DNA of 64,000 nt from Candidatus Latescibacterota bacterium (lineage in GTDB: Bacteria > Latescibacterota > UBA2968 > GCA-2709665): NCBI GenBank assembly GCA_965237675.1, contig OZ250150.1, positions 2,496,001 through 2,560,000 of the forward strand, read 5' to 3'. The position numbers and the translations under genes were made by a program. Shown piece after piece: positions 1 to 8,666 of this stretch (the first letter of the stretch is position 1; each line of letters starts with the position of its first letter). A model generated the notes under the pieces. That model did no database searches, was not told the DNA's origin, and worked only from the letters and a program-made list of their open reading frames with translations.

Positions 1-1195
1 GGTCGAGCACATCGGCATAACGTGCCATTCGAACATTGACGTCCGACCGGGAGACGAACAGGTAGTACGCCAGACGTTCCAGCTTCCAGACAAAATCGGT
101 CACATCTATGACCTTATTTTCAGCGTAATTCTTTAAGCACAGTAACAACGGCGGTACCCAGTCTTTGTTGTCCAGCCGATTTAAGGAGCGAAGCAACGAA
201 GCTGTTTGTGCATCGAACATGTCCTCTAACTTGGCAAGGTTTTCAGCAAGTTGGAATGCATCGGCGAATGGCTCTAGCGTACTGGTGATGAATTCTTCGG
301 GGTCGCCTGCGAAGGGTCGAACGACTTCGGGAAATCCGACGTCAAGGGCCGAACGCGGTTTTTCACGTTCAAAGATCATTCGGATATGGGTGAAAAGATC
401 GCTGAACAGTTCTCTATCGAGTGCAAGTTCAATGTCTTCCCAACGGGTCGACAGTTCAATCTCTCGGTTTTCCCCGGCCCTTTCGAGAAGGTCGGCTTTT
501 AATACGTCTGTAGCTATCAAGTCTAGTCCACGAGTGTTGAGTACCGTGAAAATGCGACGTGCTGCCGAGTCGGTTGGCACTTCGACCACGACGAGGTAGC
601 AGTTATTCAAGATAAAACTCATCAACTTGCCACGCTCGGTATCAGTCATTTTCAACATTAAATCCCGGTAGAGCGTGGCGTTCTCAACTATCCGCGCCTG
701 ACTTCCTTCCAGTCCCTCAAGCCGCGGTAGGCTTGCAGTCTTGTCGCGGTCTTGCACATTAGTCTTGAAGAATGCCTGATCACGCGGGCGTAAAAGTAGC
801 CGCAATCTTTCGGGCAGTCGGAGATCAGTATCGGCAGCCTGTTTTATATATTTTTCTCGACGGATTTTGAGCTCAGGTTCATCGGTTAGGTCACGCAATA
901 CGCTGAACAGAATTGTCAACGTCGTCAATCGTTGTTGACCGTCCACCACCTTCGCGTCAGATTTTTCCGGCTCCTTTACAAGAACAATGCTACCGAGGAA
1001 ATAAAGTCCTCCTGCACGTCCTTCTGGATCCATTGCATCCCGTAAATCGTAGAATAGTTCGCTGGCTTGTTGGATTTCCCATGCATAGGGTCGTTGGTAT
1101 GGAGGCACGGAGAACGCGTACTTGTCGGAGAATACATCTGCGATCTTCTTTTCCCCAGCCTCAATTCGTCTCAATACACCATTTGTACTTGCCAT
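1..1195 (-). CDS. DUF262 (GmrSD/SspE-like ParB-fold) domain protein, 3' end outside the window
   Basis: Absent from the ORF track because it runs off the edge. Manual translation from ATG 1195 (RBS AGGGAGG) gives MASTNGVLRRIEAGEKKIADVFSDKYAFSVPPYQRPYAW...YFLGSIVL...VVDGQQRLTTLTILF, i.e. the DUF262 P-x-YQR-x-Y-x-W and DGQQR motifs. Confidence 0.88.
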   Translation of the reverse strand, partial: MASTNGVLRRIEAGEKKIADVFSDKYAFSVPPYQRPYAWEIQQASELFYDLRDAMDPEGRAGGLYFLGSIVLVKEPEKSDAKVVDGQQRLTTLTILFSVLRDLTDEPELKIRREKYIKQAADTDLRLPERLRLLLRPRDQAFFKTNVQDRDKTASLPRLEGLEGSQARIVENATLYRDLMLKMTDTERGKLMSFILNNCYLVVVEVPTDSAARRIFTVLNTRGLDLIATDVLKADLLERAGENREIELSTRWEDIELALDRELFSDLFTHIRMIFEREKPRSALDVGFPEVVRPFAGDPEEFITSTLEPFADAFQLAENLAKLEDMFDAQTASLLRSLNRLDNKDWVPPLLLCLKNYAENKVIDVTDFVWKLERLAYYLFVSRSDVNVRMARYADVLD

Positions 1196-1309
1196 GTACC
1201 CCTCCCTGTTTTTTCCCCATCGACTTGATCGACTCCTCCATCATACCGCCACTGCCTCCAACGGAGGAAAGAGCCATCGCTTCCCACTTCGCCCACGCGC
1301 CGGACAAGA

Positions 1310-2395
1310 CTACAGTGAGATTACCAGATCCTTGCCAAACTTAACATTGGCGACGTCGCAGGCCAGTTCGGCATATTTCTGAAAAGCTGCCCTGCCGTAA
1401 TGGGTTCCCATCCACCAACCTTGTACCAATTCGACCGAGTTATGTGCTAAGTCCGGTCGCCCCGGATAAAGATCAATGGCAGACCTTGCAATGAATCGCC
1501 TCTTGCTTCCGTGTTTCATTGCGCCAAACCTTTCCAGAAAGTCCGTATCCTGTTGGGCGAACGTCATCAGAATCTCCCTGATGACCTGCCAAGCGAATTT
1601 AGCAGGGTAAAATTCCCCGAGATAAGAGAAGCCCCGTTCTGTAGGTGGTCCCGTCGAGGGCGGTGTCGGTGGCGGATCCGACACAGGGTTCTCAGTTGGC
1701 GGAATGTGATTCCCATCCTCCGAACCGGGCTGTGAATCCGCTTTTGTTTGAATGAATTGCGAGCAAGCGTCCGGCTCGGGCTTATATCCGCAAATGTCCT
1801 CGACCTTGTCAGCAAGCAATTCGACGAGTATTTCGTCCGGCCCCGACAGAAGTTGATGCCACGCCTTCGGAATAGCGGCGGCTATATGTCTACCGCGTGT
1901 GACATCCTTATAATCGTCACGAGCGGTTGACAGAGCCTCGCCGGAAATTACTCGCTGGTATTCCAGATACCGGTGGAGACGTTCAGTTGATTCGGCGGGC
2001 GACCGTTCCAGGAGATCGAGTTTGTACACACGCCGCTCTTGGTACTGTCCTTCTTCTCCCGGTAGATAGAAGCTCCATTCATGACCGTCCGTAAGGACTG
2101 CCATCGGAACTCCTTGATGGAAAGCGTACTCAAACAACTGCCTGTCCCCGGTATTCGTCTGGCCAAGCCTCTTTACCTCTAAGAAAATTTTTGGACGCCC
2201 CGTTGTTTCACGAAGAGCGTAGTCGACCCGTCCGGACTCAACGGAATATTCGGGGGTTACGACGGATGTATCGAATACAGGCCAATCGAGTGCCTGCAAT
2301 ACAGGTAGCACAACCCCCTGAGAAACCGAAGCCTCGCTGGTATATTGCCCCGATTTGAGCGAAGTGCGAATTCGATCAACAGTTTCTCGTATCAT
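1310..2395 (-). CDS. HsdR N-terminal-like PD-(D/E)XK endonuclease with a Pro-rich linker and a SeqA-like C-terminal domain
   Basis: EASVSQGVVLPVLQALDW, PEY...GRVDYAL, LEVKR and LTDGHEW are typical HSDR_N motifs. The linker is PPPTPPSTGPP. The C-terminal RRFIARS...GWWMGTHYG resembles SeqA-type DNA-binding domains (recognised by eye). Confidence 0.7.
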   Translation of the reverse strand: MIRETVDRIRTSLKSGQYTSEASVSQGVVLPVLQALDWPVFDTSVVTPEYSVESGRVDYALRETTGRPKIFLEVKRLGQTNTGDRQLFEYAFHQGVPMAVLTDGHEWSFYLPGEEGQYQERRVYKLDLLERSPAESTERLHRYLEYQRVISGEALSTARDDYKDVTRGRHIAAAIPKAWHQLLSGPDEILVELLADKVEDICGYKPEPDACSQFIQTKADSQPGSEDGNHIPPTENPVSDPPPTPPSTGPPTERGFSYLGEFYPAKFAWQVIREILMTFAQQDTDFLERFGAMKHGSKRRFIARSAIDLYPGRPDLAHNSVELVQGWWMGTHYGRAAFQKYAELACDVANVKFGKDLVISL

Positions 2396-3052
2396 AAATG
2401 TCTCCCCAGATTTCCAGCACGCCCGGCGTTATTCTCGCAGACCTGCAAGTGCCCACGTAAGTTTGCGAACGCGCAAAGCGCATTTGCGCGGGCTAAAGCT
2501 GGCCTGCTTTCTCAACCAATATTTCGCAGATAGCTGACATGGGATGCCCCCCGCTATTATGGGTAAACGGAAACCAATATAGTTCATTGCGGCGACCAAT
2601 ACAAGATTCGTGACCGTCATTTGCCTGCGCTGGATCGGCGTGAGGAACAGGGGGTTATACGCGTAATTTGCCCGAATTTTCGCATCGAGCTTGCGCCGTC
2701 CTCGTTTGGATTCCGGTCCGCTTGGTCCTAGACGGGTCACGCAGCTCAGAGTGGCGTCCACATTGAGCGTCCAGTCTAAGCTTCCTGCCATTTTCCGAGT
2801 ATTCGCCCCGACTATACGGTTGTAAGATGCGCTGGGTTCGCTGAATCGACCATGTGTCGTTTATCGCGATGCAACGAGCTTTGAGACTTACCGGCGTCTC
2901 AAGTTGCGCTTGTCGCAATTTGCGCCTATCCCTATAATACCGAATACGTGGCTTGTTTTCGCGCCATTCGACTGATTCTTGGGTAGGAACTGCATCCGTT
3001 TGGCACCTGAGTAAATGCGCAAACCGTTGCATTAGGTGGGGCAAGAACGCAA

Positions 3053-6000
3053 ATGATTACCTCAATTTACGCGGCTTTACAAGGCTTCGCGGCGTCAGTA
3101 ACAGCCAAAATGACACAGATCACGGCTGGTGAGCCCGAAGAGCAACTTCGCGGTCCGTTTGAGAACTTCATGAAGGATGCCGCTCAGGCACTCGGATGGA
3201 AAATCGTCTGCACAGGGGAAACACCCCTGCCCGATCGCATCGGTAAGCCCGATTACGCCGTTCATCTCAACCAGCTTCTTGCAGGATACGTCGAGCTAAA
3301 GGCTCCGGGAGTCGGCGCAACGCACGATCGCTTCAAAGGTCACAATCGCGACCAATTCAAGAGGTTTTCGGCAATTCCTAATATTCTGTACACTGACGGC
3401 AATGAGTGGGCGCTATATCGGGACGGCAATCTGGTCGGTAGTGTCGTTCGCTTGGCCGGCGATGTCGCCACAGATGGCAGGAAGGCTGCCAAATTGAGCG
3501 ATGTCCACTCTGTTGAACGCGTGTTGCGCGATTTTCTATCGTGGGAACCGTCCATCCCCGTGGACCGAGACGGCAAGATTGACCTTAAGGGTTTCGCTTC
3601 GTTGTTGGCTCCGCTATGCCGGATGTTGCGCGATGACGTGAAGGATGCGCTTGCAAATCCGAATTCGTCCCTCGTCCGAATTGCGGAAGACTGGCGTAAG
3701 CTGCTGTTCCCTGATGCTTCGGACGAACAGTTCGCCGACGCGTACACCCAGACCGTGGCCTTCGCTCTGCTGTTGGGTCGGAGTGAGGGAGCGAATCCTC
3801 TCACGCTCAACTCTGCGCGGGACTCGCTTGCCGATCAACATGTCCTGCTGTCGGAGACACTATACCTGTTGGCTCGCAAAAAACCCGATAAAGAGATTGC
3901 CGCTTCACTCAAATTGCTGTTGCGTGTTATTGGCGTGGTTCCACCCGCCACGTTGTCAGGTGGCGAGGATCCCTGGCTCTATTTCTACGAAGATTTCCTC
4001 GCCGTATACGACCCCGCACTTCGTAAAGACGTGGGAGTCTTTTATACACCGGTGGAGGTAGTTCGAGCGCAGGTCCGGCTGATTGACGAACTGCTCGTCA
4101 GTCGTGTCGGAAAACCTTTCGGTTTCGCTGACCCCGGCGTGGTGACGCTTGATCCCGCCGTTGGAACCGGAACATACCTTCTTGGTGTAATTGAACACAG
4201 TCTTCGGCGCGTAAGGGCGGAACAGGGGCCGGGCGCGGTCGCCAGCCAAGCCACATCGCTAGGTCAGAACCTCTATGGTTTCGAATTGCTAGTTGGTCCC
4301 TACGCAGTGAGCGAACTTCGCGTTAGCCGTGCCCTTTGTAGTTACGGAGCAACGCTGCCCCGCGACGGTACGCATATCTACTTGACCAATACCCTCGAGA
4401 GTCCGAACGAAGAGCCCCCCTGGATGCCTTTTGTCGTAGAAGCCATTGCCGAACAGCATAAAAAGGCACTCGCGATAAAGAAATCGGTCCCGGTTATTGT
4501 CTGCTTGGGGAATCCACCCTATGACCGGCACGATGCAGTTGATACGAAAAGTGAGGACAATCTTTCCCTGTATGGAGGGTGGGTCCGCTTCGGGGACCCG
4601 TTGCCCGGCAATCTAGTTAAGGATAAAAGGGGCAGGGAACGAGAGCTAAAGACTGCCAAGTCCAGGCTCGCGAAAAGACAGGATCTTGCTATTCTTAAGG
4701 ATTTCATCGCTCCCGCACGTTCGTCCGGGCATGGTGTCCGTCTCAAGAACCTCTACAACCTTTACGTCTATTTCTGGCGTTGGGCATTGTGGAAAGTCTT
4801 CGAGCATGACACTGCCAAGGGTCCTGGCATTATAAGTTTCATCAGCGCGTCGAGCTATCTCGACGGAGACGCCTACTGCGGAATGCGCGAACACATGCGT
4901 CGAGTTTGCGACGAGATCTGGATACTCGACTTGGGTGGCGAAGGGCGGGGCACACGGCAGACAGAGAATGTATTTGCAATTCTTACACCGGTGGCCATCG
5001 CCGTAGCATTCCGTTCGAAAAAAGCTGCAACCGACAAGCCAGCGAAAGTGTGTTACGCCCAAGTTGAAGGAACACGTCAGGAGAAGCTCGCTTTGCTCGA
5101 CAAAATTGAGAGCTTTGCACACTCTATGTTGAAATGGCACGATTGTCCGGACGAATGGCAGGCTCCATTTCGGCCCGCTGGAACAGGCGATTACTTCGCA
5201 TGGCCGCCACTAACTGACATGATGCCTTGGCAACAATCCGGCGTCAAGGCGGGGCGAACCTGGGTGATTGCGCCTGAAACGGGAATGCTAGACGCACGCT
5301 GGGCCGCTTTACTTCGGGTCGAAAAGGACGACCGGCATGAGCTTTTTAAAGATTCTTCCACGGGACGAAAGGTTCACGAATCCGCTACTCAATTGCCGCC
5401 CTCCAAGGTCATGCTAGAACCCATTACCGAACTTGCAAGAGAGGAGCCACCTCCCAAGACAGTTCGTTTCGCATATAGGTCATTCGACCGCCAATTTATA
5501 TGTGCAGACGCCCGTTTGTTGGATAGGCCAGGTCCTGTGCTTTGGCGCGTTCACAGTGAGCAACAGGTTTTCTTGACGAGCTTGCTTAACCATCCGATTA
5601 GCGAAGGTCCTGCGGTAACGGCATGCTCGTATATTCCCGATCTTCACCATTTCCGTGGGTCGTTCGGTGCAAAGGAGATCTTCCCGCTCTTTCGTGCGTC
5701 CGATGGTTCGCGTACGAACATTTCACCTGGCCTACTCGAGATTCTGTGCAGATCATATCAGCGTAACGTCACACCAGAAGATTTCATTGCCTATGTCTAC
5801 TGCACGCTGGCGCATCCAAACTTCACGGCGCGGTTCAAAAACGAACTGGCCACCCGCGAACTTCGCGTACCACTCACGAAGGACATAGAACTGTTCGAAA
5901 AAGCCCGTGCGTTAGGTGCTCGGTTGCTCTGGTTTCACACTTACGGTGAACGATTCATCCCTGACGATCAGCCACGTGGTCACGTTCCCCGTGGTGCAGC

Positions 6001-6442
6001 CAAGTGTGCCAAGGGCGTTCCCCGGGACCCGGAGAGTTACCCAGACACGTTTACATACAGCGACGTGACGCAAATTCTCCGCGTCGGCGAGGGTGAGTTT
6101 AAGCCGGTTCCGCCCGAGGTATTCGAGTTTGAGGTTTCGGGCCTCAAGGTCGTACAGTCTTGGCTCAAGTATCGGATGAAGAGAGGAGCGGGTCGGAAAT
6201 CCTCACCCCTGGACGAAATTCGCCCAGAACGGTGGACCAGCCAATTTACCACTGAACTACTCCACTTGCTTTGGGTTCTGGAGGCGACGGTGGAAAATTA
6301 TCCCGATCAGGCGCGGCTACTTGAAGCCATTGTCGAAAGCGACTGCTTCAGTGCCGACGAATTACCTAGCGTTCCAGACGAAATGCGCAAACCGCCAAAG
6401 GCCATTAAGGGCGATCTGTTTTACGGGCAGAGCGGAGATTGA
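3053..6442 (+). CDS. Single-chain restriction-modification enzyme (N6-adenine MTase, Type ISP-like C-terminal specificity domain, no helicase)
   Basis: N-terminal PD...ELK nuclease (KPDYAV...YVELK), GVFYTP, SAM motif DPAVGTG, catalytic GNPPY, and YRSFDRQ and FEVSGLKVVQSWLKYR typical of Type_ISP_C. Confidence 0.88.
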   Translation: MITSIYAALQGFAASVTAKMTQITAGEPEEQLRGPFENFMKDAAQALGWKIVCTGETPLPDRIGKPDYAVHLNQLLAGYVELKAPGVGATHDRFKGHNRDQFKRFSAIPNILYTDGNEWALYRDGNLVGSVVRLAGDVATDGRKAAKLSDVHSVERVLRDFLSWEPSIPVDRDGKIDLKGFASLLAPLCRMLRDDVKDALANPNSSLVRIAEDWRKLLFPDASDEQFADAYTQTVAFALLLGRSEGANPLTLNSARDSLADQHVLLSETLYLLARKKPDKEIAASLKLLLRVIGVVPPATLSGGEDPWLYFYEDFLAVYDPALRKDVGVFYTPVEVVRAQVRLIDELLVSRVGKPFGFADPGVVTLDPAVGTGTYLLGVIEHSLRRVRAEQGPGAVASQATSLGQNLYGFELLVGPYAVSELRVSRALCSYGATLPRDGTHIYLTNTLESPNEEPPWMPFVVEAIAEQHKKALAIKKSVPVIVCLGNPPYDRHDAVDTKSEDNLSLYGGWVRFGDPLPGNLVKDKRGRERELKTAKSRLAKRQDLAILKDFIAPARSSGHGVRLKNLYNLYVYFWRWALWKVFEHDTAKGPGIISFISASSYLDGDAYCGMREHMRRVCDEIWILDLGGEGRGTRQTENVFAILTPVAIAVAFRSKKAATDKPAKVCYAQVEGTRQEKLALLDKIESFAHSMLKWHDCPDEWQAPFRPAGTGDYFAWPPLTDMMPWQQSGVKAGRTWVIAPETGMLDARWAALLRVEKDDRHELFKDSSTGRKVHESATQLPPSKVMLEPITELAREEPPPKTVRFAYRSFDRQFICADARLLDRPGPVLWRVHSEQQVFLTSLLNHPISEGPAVTACSYIPDLHHFRGSFGAKEIFPLFRASDGSRTNISPGLLEILCRSYQRNVTPEDFIAYVYCTLAHPNFTARFKNELATRELRVPLTKDIELFEKARALGARLLWFHTYGERFIPDDQPRGHVPRGAAKCAKGVPRDPESYPDTFTYSDVTQILRVGEGEFKPVPPEVFEFEVSGLKVVQSWLKYRMKRGAGRKSSPLDEIRPERWTSQFTTELLHLLWVLEATVENYPDQARLLEAIVESDCFSADELPSVPDEMRKPPKAIKGDLFYGQSGD

Positions 6443-6585
6443 GGCGGCCACGTGCTTTTTGTTCCGATAACTTGCTAACGATCGAAATCGGCTTGGGAGG
6501 GGTGGTTACAAGCAAGCGATTTTTTTGAATTCTTTTTTTCGATCAGGCCTTATTGACTGCGGATATCAAGAGAGGGTCAAACGAA

Positions 6586-7638
6586 ATGGATGACTCGACC
6601 GAGAAAGACCAGAATAACGGCGAATCTCTGACCGAGCGAGAAATGCGAGGCTTGGAGACGACCTTGAGGAGTTCGAGGGCATTTGAAGCGTTTCAACGCT
6701 GTGCGCGTGAGCTTCAACGTATTTCGCACACCAAGGATTTCGGAAAGAACCAACGACGCTTGTCCGACGTCGAAGCCGAAGCGAAAGTGTGGCTCGATTC
6801 TGTCGGATGTGCCGAAGCAGCCGGAGTTTTAAACCCGAGTTATCGCTTTTTGCTTACGTTGTACCCGATTGAACGTGTTCACGATGAACGTTGGCTCGGC
6901 GGTTTGTACGAATCCGACCTCTGCGACATCAAGGCGGGCATTGAGGCCATACGTGAGCGCGAGGGCCTAGATGATGACGAGTACTGGCCCATCGGGGAGG
7001 GACCGGAGGATTGGGAGGAATTGGAACAGCGATATTCAGGGGTCTTGGATAGGAAGTTTGAAGAGACGCTTCGGGAATTCGGCATTCACGAAATCGCTGA
7101 TCTATACCAAATGGACCGAGAAGCATTCGACGCGCAACGTGAGCAGGGGCGTCGGCTCGCCTTTGAGGAAATTTCCGAGACGGAACAGGTCTATGCCGCC
7201 CAGAAACTGCTTGAAGTAGAGGCCGAAAAATGTGCCAAGGGAGGGGCATATTATGCCGCAAACGTCATGATCGGGTCCGCAATGGAGGCTGCTCTCTTGA
7301 CTGCATGTCTGAAGCACCTTGACGAAGCTCTTTCTGCCAAGGATCGATTGCCGAAATCTGAGCAGCCCGAACGAGAGAATCCGAAGCGCTGGCGATTCGC
7401 GGAACTGGCACGCATAGCAACTGAGGCGGGATGGCTGCCGGATTTTGTAGTAGGGGATCGTAGGGTGTGCTCCCAATCGCTCGTGGAAACGTTGCGATGC
7501 GTGCGAAACTTGGCACATCCTGCTAAACACCTATCTGACCCATTATCCCTTGATGTAGAAAGTGAATATACCAAAGCGCGAGCCGCGTACAATCTACTTG
7601 AGCGGTATTTGGCTGGGCCTGCCAACGAGTCCCCGTAG
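6586..7638 (+). CDS. Hypothetical protein with a C-terminal HEPN/DUF4145-like helical domain
   Basis: Long intact ORF. GAYYAANVMIGSAMEAAL followed by RNLAHP matches the HEPN-like signature. ATG 6586 was chosen over TTG 6553. Confidence 0.55.
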   Translation: MDDSTEKDQNNGESLTEREMRGLETTLRSSRAFEAFQRCARELQRISHTKDFGKNQRRLSDVEAEAKVWLDSVGCAEAAGVLNPSYRFLLTLYPIERVHDERWLGGLYESDLCDIKAGIEAIREREGLDDDEYWPIGEGPEDWEELEQRYSGVLDRKFEETLREFGIHEIADLYQMDREAFDAQREQGRRLAFEEISETEQVYAAQKLLEVEAEKCAKGGAYYAANVMIGSAMEAALLTACLKHLDEALSAKDRLPKSEQPERENPKRWRFAELARIATEAGWLPDFVVGDRRVCSQSLVETLRCVRNLAHPAKHLSDPLSLDVESEYTKARAAYNLLERYLAGPANESP

Positions 7639-7739
7639 CTGCGACGTTTTACGAATCGATTCACAGTAAGATAATTTGGAAAGGGAAGCCCAACGTATCA
7701 ACAAAAGGTGAAATATCTTTCCCTCCGAGTTTGGCTTAG

Positions 7740-7958
7740 AATGGACATGGCGTCGAGGAGCATGAAGTCGAAGACGTATTGAGATCGCCGGGTGAAGACA
7801 GACCCGGACGGGAAGGATGGCGTGTTGCAATCGGACGGACTCGCGGCGGTCGTTATTTCCGCGTGATCTATGTGCCCGATACCGAGCCGGACTATGTTTT
7901 CGCCATCACTGCATACGAGCTGACCGGAAAACCCCTAATCGCATATCGTAGGCGATAA
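7740..7958 (+). pseudogene. 5'-truncated BrnT/RelE-fold toxin
   Basis: The frame reads GHGVEEHEVEDVLRSPGEDRPGREGWRVAIGRTRGGRYFRVIYVPD...VFAITAYELTGKPLIAYRRR*. An in-frame TAG lies at 7737-7739 and there is no start codon before the HGV motif. Confidence 0.65.
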
Positions 7959-7969
7959 AGGAGAGAAAG

Positions 7970-8170
7970 ATGAAGAACGCGACGAGGTTTCCGAAAGGTT
8001 GGGACAAAGAACGTGCCAATCGTCTCCTGCAACATTACGAATCACAGACGGAGGACGAGGCGGTGGCGGAAGATGAGGCCGTCTTGGAGGATAAAACGCA
8101 AACGGTGATGGAAATCCCCAACGCGTTGGTACCCTCAGTCAGAGCGCTATTATCGCAACACGTCGAGTAA
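7970..8170 (+). CDS. Small putative antitoxin (FPxGWD...HYExQTEDEAVAEDEA family)
   Basis: RBS AAGGAG; 11 bp downstream of the toxin remnant; acidic 66 aa protein. Confidence 0.65.
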   Translation: MKNATRFPKGWDKERANRLLQHYESQTEDEAVAEDEAVLEDKTQTVMEIPNALVPSVRALLSQHVE

Positions 8171-8666
8171 ACCGCACGTGTTTCTCCCGATCCCGTAGTA
8201 TCCCACCAATCAATTCCCCGCACCGTCGGAGTATCTTTGCCTGTATTTGATTAGATCCTCGTAAATCACTGCATCCGATGGCACCAGTTGATACGGCTTC
8301 CGCCACCACCAGTCCGAATTACAGATCGCTCATGCGATGCACCGGTGCGTTCGTAAGGTACAGACGACCATTACGGCGGGCAGGGTTCGCAGTCACCCGC
8401 TCGCCACAGAGGGTTGGAGAACAGCGCATCGAACAGATTTCCCTTGACTCGAAGCGGTTCTTGAAGTTCCTTCCTTATCTGGCGAATGAACTCCGTTTGT
8501 GCAGTTTGCGGTTGGCATTGTGCATTGTGATTTCGCGAAATTGAGTCGTCCCGTTCACTCCACTTCCAGGCGCGAGGAAGGAAGAGCAAAGTCGGATGTT
8601 CTTCAGTATTCCGGCGTCTGTACTTCGAGGGCGAGGAAACGGGTTTTTTGTTTACCTCGGGATTTT

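Noticed and set aside
165-1382. Plus-strand ORFs 165-599, 913-1344 and 1122-1382
   Set aside because: They are antisense shadows of the minus-strand DUF262 gene.
2396-3052. Short ORFs in the divergent intergenic region
   Set aside because: No recognisable motifs, mutually overlapping, and no convincing RBS.
6469-6512. Possible integron attC site (GCTAAC...GTTACAA)
   Set aside because: Poor internal complementarity, the right end is not GTTRRRY, and there is no integrase or second site.
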